Below are positions 39,546 to 49,632 of a stretch of 64,000 bases of DNA, piece by piece (positions within the stretch are counted from its first letter, which is position 1; each line of letters begins with the position of its first letter). The notes under the pieces are model-generated. The model saw only the letters and a list, made by a program, of their open reading frames with translations. It had not been told where the DNA came from and made no database searches. Source of the DNA: Nemertoderma westbladi (lineage: Eukaryota > Animalia > Xenacoelomorpha). A program made the position numbers and the translations under genes. The stretch lies in the NCBI GenBank assembly GCA_032718475.1, contig JAUCBJ010008501.1, forward strand, positions 62,001-126,000, written 5' to 3'.

Positions 39546-39712
39546 AACGACAGATGTGAGGATAAAAAAATTTCAAATGCGTGATGAGGACAAAATATTT
39601 AAAAGATTGAAATTTTCGTTAAAAAAATGTTGTTTTTAGGTAACATCCGACACCTCATCTTATTTATATTTATGGCCAATTTAAGATTTGCTAATTCGAA
39701 AAATTGAATGCG

Positions 39713-41001
39713 ACACGAGACATTGATTGTTAGAAGTGGGTCTAAGCTACACGAGACATTGATTGTTAGAAGTGGGTCTAAGCTACACAAGATATTGATT
39801 GTTAGAAGTGGGTCAAAACAAACACGAGACATTGATTGTTAGAAGTGGGTCTAAGCTACACGAGACATTGATTGTTAGAAGTGGGTCTAAGCTATACAAG
39901 ATATTGATTGTTAGAAGTGGGTCTAAGCTACACGAGACATTGATTGTTAGAAGTGGGTCTAAGCTATACAAGATATTGATTGTTAGAAGTGGGTCTAAGC
40001 TACACAAGATATTGATTGTTAGAAGTGGGTCTAAGCTTCACGAGACATTGATTGTTAGAAGTGGGTCTAAGCTACACGAGACAATGATTGTTAGAAGTGG
40101 GTCTAAGCTATACAAGATATTGATTGTTAGAAGTGGGTCTAAGCTATACAAGATATTGATTGTTAGAAGTGGGTCTAAGCTACACGAGACATTGATTGTT
40201 AGAAGTGGGTCTAAGCTATACAAGATATTGATTGTTAGAAGTGGGTCTAAGCTACACAAGATATTGATTGTTAGAAGTGGGTCTAAGCTTCACGAGACAT
40301 TGATTGTTAGAAGTGGGTCTAAGCTACACGAGACAATGATTGTTAGAAGTGGGTCTAAGCTATACAAGATATTGATTGTTAGAAGTGGGTCTAAGCTACA
40401 CGAGACATTGATTGTTAGAAGTGGGTCTAAGCTATACAAGATATTGATTGTTAGAAGTGGGTCTAAGCTATACAAGATATTGATTGTTAGAAGTGGGTCT
40501 AAGCTACACAAGATATTGATTGTTAGAAGTGGGTCTAAGCTACACGAGACATTGATTGTTAGAAGTGGGTCTAAGCTATACAAGATATTGATTGTTAGAA
40601 GTGGGTCTAAGCTACACAAGATATTGATTGTTAGAAGTGGGTCTAAGCTTCACGAGACATTGATTGTTAGAAGTGGGTCTAAGCTACACGAGACAATGAT
40701 TGTTAGAAGTGGGTCTAAGCTATACAAGATATTGATTGTTAGAAGTGGGTCTAAGCTACACGAGACATTGATTGTTAGAAGTGGGTCTAAGCTATACAAG
40801 ATATTGATTGTTAGAAGTGGGTCTAAGCTACACAAGATATTGATTGTTAGAAGTGGGTCTAAGCTTCACGAGACATTGATTGTTAGAAGTGGGTCTAAGC
40901 TACACGAGACATTGATTGTTAGAAGTGGGTCTAAGCTACACAAGATATTGATTGTTAGAAGTGGGTCTAAGCTTCACGAGACATTGATTGTTAGAAGTGG
41001 G
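39713..41001. repeat. 36-bp minisatellite, about 36 copies
   Basis: (acacgagacattgattgttagaagtgggtctaagct)n with atacaagat/acacaagat variants; cut mid-unit by the BEL LTR. Confidence 0.98.
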
Positions 41002-41783
41002 TGTTACGGTATATGGCGCTGTATCCATATTATTAGTCATCATGCAGTATGTATTATTAGTCATCATGCAGTATGTATTATTAGTCGTTATGCAGTATGC
41101 AATATTAGTCCGTTATACTGTACGTAATATTAGTCCATTGTGCAGCGTGATATTTTAGATAAGGCATAATAACGCAATGATATTTAGATAGGGAAATCGA
41201 AACACCCATATATTTGAATCCATCCATTTTGTATAGTATGTAGCCCTACCTACGTAATTTTGTATTAGGATATATGTAGATAGTTCCAGGGTAGCAAGTT
41301 TATTCGGACCCTGGATTTCGTGCTTGCTGATATTAGTTTGATAGGGCTAGCATATAGGGACGCTGTCCTGGCCATTCAGCAGCCAGAGACGTGATCCATT
41401 ACCATATATGGTAATAATTTGAGGGCATAGGGCTACAATCCGGCCTCCTTATTGGACTAACTGCTTCCAGGTTGGCCTAATGCTAGCACGGACTGGAGAG
41501 CCAATAGGAGAGCGATTGAGTCACCCTATTGCATCACCCCATCCGGATCACCTATAAATTGGCGGTGTGCCGGTAGAGCCTTACAATCTGTGTACTATTC
41601 TATACCTCACTGCTGCTGTACTTGCTGAGCTGTCTCTATTCATTTTTGACGGATATTTTAGTGTATTTTCTGCAATTTGCTAATTTTGATTAGTTTCTTG
41701 AAATGATTTGCTAGTGCGATTACTCTTGCTTGTGTTTCTCAATTAATTCCTTCGATTACTGCTAATTACAACTGAACTCAATT
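41002..41783 (+). repeat. BEL 5' LTR, left part (continues at 49169 after the LINE)
   Basis: Matches 63725-64000; CCAAT at 41501, TATAAA at 41553; 24-bp sub-repeats at 41028-41110. Confidence 0.85.
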
Positions 41784-42136
41784 CAATTCAATTTATTTTT
41801 CCTTTCAACAATTTCCTATTTCAGTACAATCAATACAAACATTGGATGAAGGTGATGGTGATGACGAAGTAGCAGACAATAGCGAAGCTAGTATAGCCTG
41901 CTACTCCGACTGGAAATTGATGGGTTGGAGGTGGGGTGGGGGGGGGGGGGTGGGTGGGCGTGTCTGCTCCTCTAGAATTTGTCTGGTTTTTGAGCTTTAT
42001 TGTATAAGATATAATTGATGGTCAGCCGAATAGTGTAGCAGTAGCATTCTGGGATAGAAGACTTTGAGAGGCAATAAATGGCAGCGACTATAATAAAAGA
42101 TACGTGGTGAGATATAAAAAGTGGGCATGGGCCTAA

Positions 42137-45100
42137 CTACAGGGACATTAACAGGTGGTATTTATACGCTGACGAAAATGCTTTTTTTGATTTTGAGTGT
42201 TTTAATTGAGATGGTAGTGCGTTCCAAATTGAAGGGCCTTGATAATTCATGGAAGCTTTGGAGGAAGTTAGGCGGACCTTCGGAATAGAGAAACCGTCCG
42301 TAGTAGCAAGGCGAGTTGGATATCTGTGTACAGAGGAAATTTTGGTGAATAATGAGCCTAGAGTAGAATCAGGTTTAAATAAGTTAGCGTTTACATCGTA
42401 CATGAGGGATCCTACTTGGTGCTTATAGAGGAGGTCAATAGGTAGGATGCCGAGAGACTTATAGATAGGTTTAGAAGAAGCTCGGTAGTGCGAGAAAGTA
42501 ATACAGCGGAGGAGTTTGTTTATTTTTATACGTAGGGGTTGTAGGGTATAAGAATGGGTTTTGCCCCAGAGTAGAATGCCATACAATAAATAGGGGTGTA
42601 CAAGTGAAAAATATAGTTGGCGAAGTATACGAAGGGGAAATATGTGACGCAGTTTGTAGAATATTCCGGAGGTTCTAGAGATTTTAGACGTAATATGTTT
42701 AATGTGAGATTTCCAGTTTAAGTTGTCATCTACTAGAACCCCTAGAAATTTAGAATGTGGTTTCCGAGTAATGGGGGAATGGTTAATTAGTATTGGGTCG
42801 GAGTGAGTATTAGGGTAATTAGAGTATATAGCATATTCAGTCTTAGATAGATTGAGAGATAGACGGTTGTCTGATAGCCAGTCCGCAATCTTAGATAATT
42901 CAGAGTTAGTTATGGAGATTAAAGAGTCCAGATTAGGTTTAGCTATATGAAGAGTTGTGTCGTCAGCAAATAATGTTGAGATTAGTGAGGTAGCATTGGG
43001 AAGGTCGTTGATATACAATAGGAATAGGATTGGCGAGATAGTGGCGCCTTGTGGGACACCACATGTAATAGGTAAACTAGAGGAATGGTGGTTACCGATA
43101 GAAACAAATTGGGTTCTAGAATCTAGGAAGCTTGAGAGTAGTTGCTGTGGTATTCCCCGGATACCATAGGAGTTTAGCTTAGAGGTTAGGATAGAGTGAT
43201 CAATAGTGTCGAAAGCCTTTTTTAGATCTATATAGATAGCACTGGTGAATAGTTTTTGGTCTAAGTATTTGTGAATGTTCTCTACAACGGATAGCAGAGC
43301 ATGGGATGTTGTAGATTTAGGGCGAAAGCCGAATTGAGAATTAGACAATATGGAATATTTTTTTAGGTACGAGAGTAGTTGGTTATTAATTATGGATTCG
43401 TACAGTTTGCTTATTACGGGTAGAAGAGAAATAGGTCGGTAGTTATTAGTGTCCGATGGGTCGGCACTCTTGAATACGGGAATGACTTTGGCCGATTTAA
43501 GAGCCTTAGGGAAGAAGCCTTGAGTTATCGATAGGTTAATTAGGTGAGATAGATGAATAGATAGTAATTTAGCAGACAACTGTAATAGTTTAATGGGGAA
43601 ACAATCATGAGATGCAGATTTGGGGTCTAATTGGAGGATTAGATATTCGACTTCGACAGGGGATGTCTCTACCAGTGAAAATGAGTTAGAGCGAGTGTGG
43701 TTAATGAAGCGTAGTGGGGAGCGGTTGGATTTAGGAATATCGTTGGCTAGTTTAGGTCCTATGGTAGTAAAGTGTAGGTTGAAAGCTTCAGCAATTTGCT
43801 TTGGGTCGGTGATGGTTTTGGCAGAATTATCAGTACGGATAGTTAGTTTTTTTGGAGTATTTAAATGTTTTGTTTTATTTAATGCAGAGTTTATAATTAT
43901 CCATGTTTTGCGTATGTTACCTGAGTTAGTTTCGAATCCACTAGAGTAATAGGCCTTCTCGGCAGCCCTTAGAGTAGAAGTTAATTTATTCCTATAGGTT
44001 TTGTAAGCAAGAGTATTAGCAGGGGTAGGATTCCTAATGTAAATTCTGTATAATTTGTTTTTATTAATGGAGCTTTTGATAAGATTATCAGTCATCCAGG
44101 GTTTAGATAATTTTTTACGGGGTGGAATAGATTTCTTAGGTAAATGTTTGTCGCAGATAGAATTAAAATCGGAGTAGAAAGAGTCTAGTTTGTCCTTGTC
44201 GGCTATAGTTGGAGTTAGATAAGACCAAGATTTACTACTGGCTACGTCTCTCAGAAATTGATCCTTGTTAAAACGCGAGTAATCGAATATTGTGTGTGGA
44301 GCTGCTGGATGAAAGTAACAGGAGTACTTCTGGAGGATAACGAATGTAGCATAGTGATCAGAAGTGCCTATTTGTGAGTTAAAAGTACCGGCTGTAGTAG
44401 TATAATTAGTAATGTTTGTAAGTATATGATCTATAAGAGTTTCAGAGTGTATTGTCTGATCGGGTAGTTCATTATGAAAAACACGTGTAGGTTGGTTGAT
44501 AAGTTGTATAAAACCGTAGGAATTAATGAGGTCAGTATAGGATTTGGAAGTAGTGGTTGATTTTAGAAGGTTAATATTAATATCTCCTGTGATAATTACA
44601 TCATAGTTGTTTTTAGTAAGTTCAGTTAGAGCTAGATCGAGTAATTCAAGAAAATCAGTAGGGAGTACAGAATGTCTACGGTAAATAGTGCCTAGAATTA
44701 AGGGCTTGGCATTTTGTGGTCTTTTGATTTGCACCCATGAATTTTCAAGACCATTCATTTTTAAATCAGGACGTGGGGACACATCCAGGGATTCCTTGAC
44801 ATAGATAGCAGTACCACCACGATTTAATTTGTCGCCTGTTTTCCGGATGTCAAGATAAGGGGTGTGAAAACCGGGAAAAGTGATTTCATTTAAATTTGAG
44901 TTACTGTCTAAAAAAGTTTCTGAAAATGTGATGACATCGAATTTGGTAGTTAATGTTAAGAGAAAAGTTTCAATATCAGATTTATTTTTGGGTAAGCTGC
45001 GAGCATTAAGGTGGAATATTTTTAGGCCTGTATTATCTAAATTTTTAAAGTCGTTGTTAAAAGTATCTTCTGTAAAATAACCGTTATTTATATTAAGTGA

Positions 45101-45418
45101 GACTGTATTATTTTCGGGGTCAAGCTGGCTAAATGTTTGGTTTATAATGTTTGAGTCTGTGTCATCATTTATTTCAGGAGAAAAATAGTGAAAAATGTCG
45201 CTGTCATTATTGTCTACAACGGAAAACGGAAATATATCGAAATTACAGAATATACAGTAGACATAGGACATTGGGGTGGCTTCTATCTCAGAGCTGGATT
45301 GGTAAGATCCACATTGTGCATGATATGAATGGCCGCAAATATTACATTTAAAGTAGTAGTCCGAGGAGATAAATTGAGAGAAGCAGAGCGCGCATGAAGG
45401 GGTAGAAGGTTCATGCAT
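42137..45418 (-). CDS. LINE ORF2: PHD finger + APE endonuclease + reverse transcriptase (1093 aa, intact)
   Basis: C4-H-C3 PHD at the N-terminus; HLNARSL, FSET, GDIN, IDHI, SDH; NYRPISLL, DLKKAFD, GVPQG, FADD. Confidence 0.96.
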   Translation of the reverse strand: MHEPSTPSCALCFSQFISSDYYFKCNICGHSYHAQCGSYQSSSEIEATPMSYVYCIFCNFDIFPFSVVDNNDSDIFHYFSPEINDDTDSNIINQTFSQLDPENNTVSLNINNGYFTEDTFNNDFKNLDNTGLKIFHLNARSLPKNKSDIETFLLTLTTKFDVITFSETFLDSNSNLNEITFPGFHTPYLDIRKTGDKLNRGGTAIYVKESLDVSPRPDLKMNGLENSWVQIKRPQNAKPLILGTIYRRHSVLPTDFLELLDLALTELTKNNYDVIITGDININLLKSTTTSKSYTDLINSYGFIQLINQPTRVFHNELPDQTIHSETLIDHILTNITNYTTTAGTFNSQIGTSDHYATFVILQKYSCYFHPAAPHTIFDYSRFNKDQFLRDVASSKSWSYLTPTIADKDKLDSFYSDFNSICDKHLPKKSIPPRKKLSKPWMTDNLIKSSINKNKLYRIYIRNPTPANTLAYKTYRNKLTSTLRAAEKAYYSSGFETNSGNIRKTWIIINSALNKTKHLNTPKKLTIRTDNSAKTITDPKQIAEAFNLHFTTIGPKLANDIPKSNRSPLRFINHTRSNSFSLVETSPVEVEYLILQLDPKSASHDCFPIKLLQLSAKLLSIHLSHLINLSITQGFFPKALKSAKVIPVFKSADPSDTNNYRPISLLPVISKLYESIINNQLLSYLKKYSILSNSQFGFRPKSTTSHALLSVVENIHKYLDQKLFTSAIYIDLKKAFDTIDHSILTSKLNSYGIRGIPQQLLSSFLDSRTQFVSIGNHHSSSLPITCGVPQGATISPILFLLYINDLPNATSLISTLFADDTTLHIAKPNLDSLISITNSELSKIADWLSDNRLSLNLSKTEYAIYSNYPNTHSDPILINHSPITRKPHSKFLGVLVDDNLNWKSHIKHITSKISRTSGIFYKLRHIFPLRILRQLYFSLVHPYLLYGILLWGKTHSYTLQPLRIKINKLLRCITFSHYRASSKPIYKSLGILPIDLLYKHQVGSLMYDVNANLFKPDSTLGSLFTKISSVHRYPTRLATTDGFSIPKVRLTSSKASMNYQGPSIWNALPSQLKHSKSKKAFSSAYKYHLLMSL

Positions 45419-45990
45419 GGGGCGTTTAGTAAAGCGGGTGAGATGACATGAAATGATAAGCGAATGATGTTAGTAGTAATATTAACCACTATAAATCATG
45501 ACGTATACACCTGACTGACATGACATAATATATCAATTAATTATAAGAAATATTTTAGAACTAACAGTAATATATATATATATATATGTGAATGGGATAA
45601 TCAAAAACGGTATTAATTTAAATTTGACTTTATCCGTAATAAAGGTTTTCATCAGAAAGAAAATAAAATAAAGTAAAGATTGGTCCGTTCAAAACTTAGA
45701 GATAGGGCTAGTGTTTTTCATTTGTGGCGATTATTATCTTTCTGTTAAATAGTCCAAATGGATCTATGGTTGAAACATATATAAGTTCAATTATTATCCC
45801 TTCAAAAAAAAAATTTTAACCTACGATACCGGTACGCTTACATAGAATAACAACAAATTAAAGGCTAACAGAGCCAATAGTACAGTAATAGCCCACGACC
45901 AATAGGTGAAATGAAGCTGCAACAGTACAAGTGGATAGTACATGACATCGCTCAACACTGCATTCAGTGTCGAGTTAGGCTCGATTCGAA

Positions 45991-46698
45991 TTATCCAGAA
46001 GAGTTTGGGATTGGTGGGCTACGACGATCAATGGTTTTCCTAGTTGGTAGGGTAGTCAACGACTCAAGGTCGGATTGGTTCGCAATGCGCAGTGGTAAAT
46101 CATTTTCTTTAATGCGAATCATAACAACTCCATTGAATGAATATACCGCTCGTATTTCGTGTTTACGTTGTAGCTCACGCGCTTTGTTGTACAGCTCAGC
46201 ATGGGATGGAATTAGATGTTCCGTTACGTATAACGGATTTGGCAACGATTTTTTACTCCGGATAGCTTGTAGTCGAGAAGCGTGGCCTAGAAAGCGTATT
46301 ATAATAGGGCGACATTTAACTTTACCGTCTCCAGCAGCCCTTTCCTTGATTTTCTTGCCTAGCCTGTGGAACACATCGATCATAGAAGGAGGAATTCCGA
46401 GTTTATTTGTAATATCAAAGACAGCGGAACGTTCTTCATCTGGGTTGGTGTTTTCTGGTACAGCATGAATTAAGATATCGTGACGGCGAGAGTACTGGGC
46501 CAACTCTTCGTTTTCTGCTTTTAGCTGCTTGTTTTCTTTGACTAGATGATCAATGTTTTTTATCATGCCGGGGATAATCTTTAGAGTATCTTTTATTGCC
46601 GCGACGTCGTCTTTGATACCACTGAGGGATTTCAATTCGTTTTTAAGGATTTCGAGAGAATCCAGAATATCGTCACCTACGTCTTGCCATCGAGTCAT
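45991..46698 (-). CDS. LINE ORF1: coiled coil + RRM/CTD (235 aa)
   Basis: LVKENKQLKAENEELAQYSRRHDILIHAVPE, HRLG, RPIIIRF, LYVTEHL motifs. Confidence 0.88.
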   Translation of the reverse strand: MTRWQDVGDDILDSLEILKNELKSLSGIKDDVAAIKDTLKIIPGMIKNIDHLVKENKQLKAENEELAQYSRRHDILIHAVPENTNPDEERSAVFDITNKLGIPPSMIDVFHRLGKKIKERAAGDGKVKCRPIIIRFLGHASRLQAIRSKKSLPNPLYVTEHLIPSHAELYNKARELQRKHEIRAVYSFNGVVMIRIKENDLPLRIANQSDLESLTTLPTRKTIDRRSPPIPNSSG

Positions 46699-49168
46699 TT
46701 TGTGAACAGTTGGTGCGGAGGGTCGGTGCTGGCCAACGAGTTTAGCGTCTTACCGGTATCGCGGTAGTTACAGAGTTAGGCCTAATTATTTTGGAGATCA
46801 GCCAGTCTGTCAGTCAGTTGCCTACATCAAGTGAAGTACCGGTACCTGTACATCACCACTCAATCAACTATGATTTCACTGATATGAAATCACTATGATT
46901 TCTACCTTTGATTAATGGTTCTATGTGATTCTTTTCTGCGCAATAATCCTAAGGGATTTCTGAGACTGTCAGACTTTGTGATTTGCATGCGCCGCTATGG
47001 TAGCTATTAGCGTAATGGAGGGCTAAGGCGCCAGTGGGCGGTGGGCACATCGGGGGGTTAGCGACGAAGGGAGAGCGGAGGATTCAAAGGCGAGCAACGC
47101 TGGCGGGGGGTCACCGTTGCGGTCGGGAGGTTAACGCTGTGGTATGCAGACCAATCGCTGGTACAGTAATTAGGGGCTGATGATCCAGGTTTCGTCTCTA
47201 TTTAGTATTAGGGGGGCAGGAATCAGGTTAGTTAGGAGTCCTATATGTACCCGGGAGAGGCCTGCACGTATCACAACGTTGAGTGTGGAGTACGAATAGT
47301 GAGTCGCATAATTGTGGGCTATACAGTAGTTAACTGCATAATTGCGAACTGTGATTGCTGACGCTGATTGGTGTGTTACTGAAGTGTGCCTATGATTGTG
47401 AATGTTTTAGGTAGGCGCTCTTTTCTCTTTGATTGATTTCTATTTCTTAGTTACAACAATTAGTTACTGATTAGGTCAAAGTAATACGGCAATTTAGGCT
47501 ATTACTAGCGAAACCTGTTGCGTGATAAATTAGAATTACGTATTCTGGAACTCTTAGTAATTAGTACGCTGTTAAATATTTGTGACTGTAATTGATTAGT
47601 AAAAATTAAGAATTAGTACGCAGCATAGCGGAGAGTAGCTAAAGTAATAATTAGAGTACTGTAAACTATTCACGGCGCTGAGCGGTTATTTGCATTAGCG
47701 GGCAATCAGCTAGATCGCACTATTCGGCACACACGAAACGCTAGTAATTTGCTGGCCTAAAGCCAGCTGCAGGCAATTTTAGACCCAGAGCGGTACTATC
47801 CACGAGAGACAAATACTGTACCATTTTGATATTTAAATATTCTCGCATTCACACATTACGTTAGAGAACCCCCAGTATTCGCGATTAGAAAAGACGTAGG
47901 TAATAGCGTGCTTTAATAGTGATAGAATCAGGCGTAAGAATACTCTGAGTGCAAGGCCTCTCGCACTCGTCTTAAGTAAGCTTAGGGAGCCGACTCGGGT
48001 TTATTGTTTTGGTTATTCCCGCGTGGCTCATAGATTCGAACAGTTAGCTCTCTGTCGAGCAATCGGTAGAGAAAGGAACAAGCGATTTTGCAGGAGTTGT
48101 GTAAAATTAGTAAATATATTAGCGGACGGCAGATTAGCGCCATCCAACGGTAAGTAGCGGTTTTGTATTTAGCAACCTTTACAATTTAGTAATATCACGC
48201 TCCTGATCCCCTTTACTTAACAGTAGAGCAGTCTTTGTGTCTTATTGGTTAGGCGAGAGCTCATTAGGTTGGCAGAAGGATATTAACGGGTATTGGTCTG
48301 TTCAACAGTTCTGCTGTTAGTATAGAGGTCGCGGTTGTTTATCAGTGATACGTGTATTATTTGCTGTAGGCTGTAGCGTACAGTAAATAGAGTATTCTTA
48401 GGCTGTTAGTTCAGATCACTGATACTTTGTATCAGTGATACGTGCATATTGCTTTGCTGTACCGCGTACAGTAAGGCAGTGTGTATTCTTAGGCTGATAG
48501 TAGTATCACAGTATTGAGTAATAAATTGGAGCACGTGATCGTCTGCTGTAGGCTATAGTCTAGCGTACAGTAAGACATTGAGTATATTCCTTTAGGCTGT
48601 TAGTTTAGATTACTGTATTCACTGGCTGCGTACAATAGTACAGTAGTACATTAGGCTGATTGCTGTTACTGCGTACGGTAGAAGGGACATTTGTTTTGCC
48701 GTACCACACACACAGTATCAATTAGGCAGTTAGGTTGGTGTACTGTTTTACTTACTGTGCTGCATACAGTGGATGTACGGTAGTGCGTTTTTTGCTAATT
48801 GCGAATACAGCAGTTCCTTAGGCCTTAGGGCAAATTGTAATTAGTAAGTTTTTTGAAAATTTTAGCTAGGTTTGCGAGAATTCAGTTTCGGTCAAAATTA
48901 TTTTGTAAAATTCTAGAGTTTTGTACCGGTATGTTAGGTAACCGCTTAGTTATTTTATACCATCTGGAGATACATGGCAAGACGGAACTTCTGAGTTTGG
49001 GGTTCGTGTGGGTCTGCGGGTTCGGTTTGCAATCAGCGAAGGGCCTGAATCTTTGGACGCGGACGTGGAATCTCACAGCAAACAAGGTTAGTTGTTCTGT
49101 TGGCACCAGTGTGTTTGTGGAAGCAGTAAAAAATTATCGGTTGTTTAACTGCGAAGCTGAACTCAATT

Positions 49169-49519
49169 TATTAGTTAGGTTATTTAGGTTTAGCCGGCCA
49201 TGGTTTTTTTGAATCGCTCAAGTTAGAGAGAGAGTTAGAGAGAGTCGCAACCCGAAGATGTAGCCACGCGCTAGTGGATACATATAATATTTGAAACTAA
49301 AATTACGTTGATTAGAGCTATATATATAAAATTAGAAATATTCGGGTGGCAAGTTTATTTTGAATATTTTGTATTAGATTCAAAGTTATTTTGTGCTATA
49401 CCGGTATTTAATGCTATAGTAGCTATATAATAATATTTTGTTTAAATATTGTGCTAGTATTTGCTATAACTATATACCCCATTAAATTCACAATATTGCA
49501 TTGCGAATTTATTTTGACA
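49169..49519 (+). repeat. BEL 5' LTR, right part (end inferred)
   Basis: ATTAAA at 49481, ends TGACA, followed by PBS-like TTTTGGACCAACTG; cannot be checked against the truncated 3' LTR. Confidence 0.55.
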
Positions 49520-49632
49520 TTTTGGACCAACTGATTATTAGACAAATAATTTGACCGTATTTCGGTTAAATTATAATTATATCTCGAACTTTTGCGAGAT
49601 ATTTTTGCCGGAAGGCAAACATTATTTGGACT

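Larger units (their letters stand above)
41784..49156 (-). mobile_element. Full-length CR1/L2-group (Crack-like) LINE with 12-bp TSD
   Basis: ctgaactcaatt at 41772-41783 and 49157-49168; minus-strand AATAAA then (TTGAA)n tail; two intact ORFs; ~2.4-kb 5' UTR. Confidence 0.9.

Noticed and set aside
39799-41127. 442-aa repeat protein (IVRSGSKLHETL)n
   Set aside because: Stop-free frame of a 36-bp minisatellite that runs into the LTR; no ATG start or gene context
41927-41958. G-run with G-quadruplex potential
   Set aside because: Simple homopolymer tract in the LINE 3' UTR; nothing supports a function
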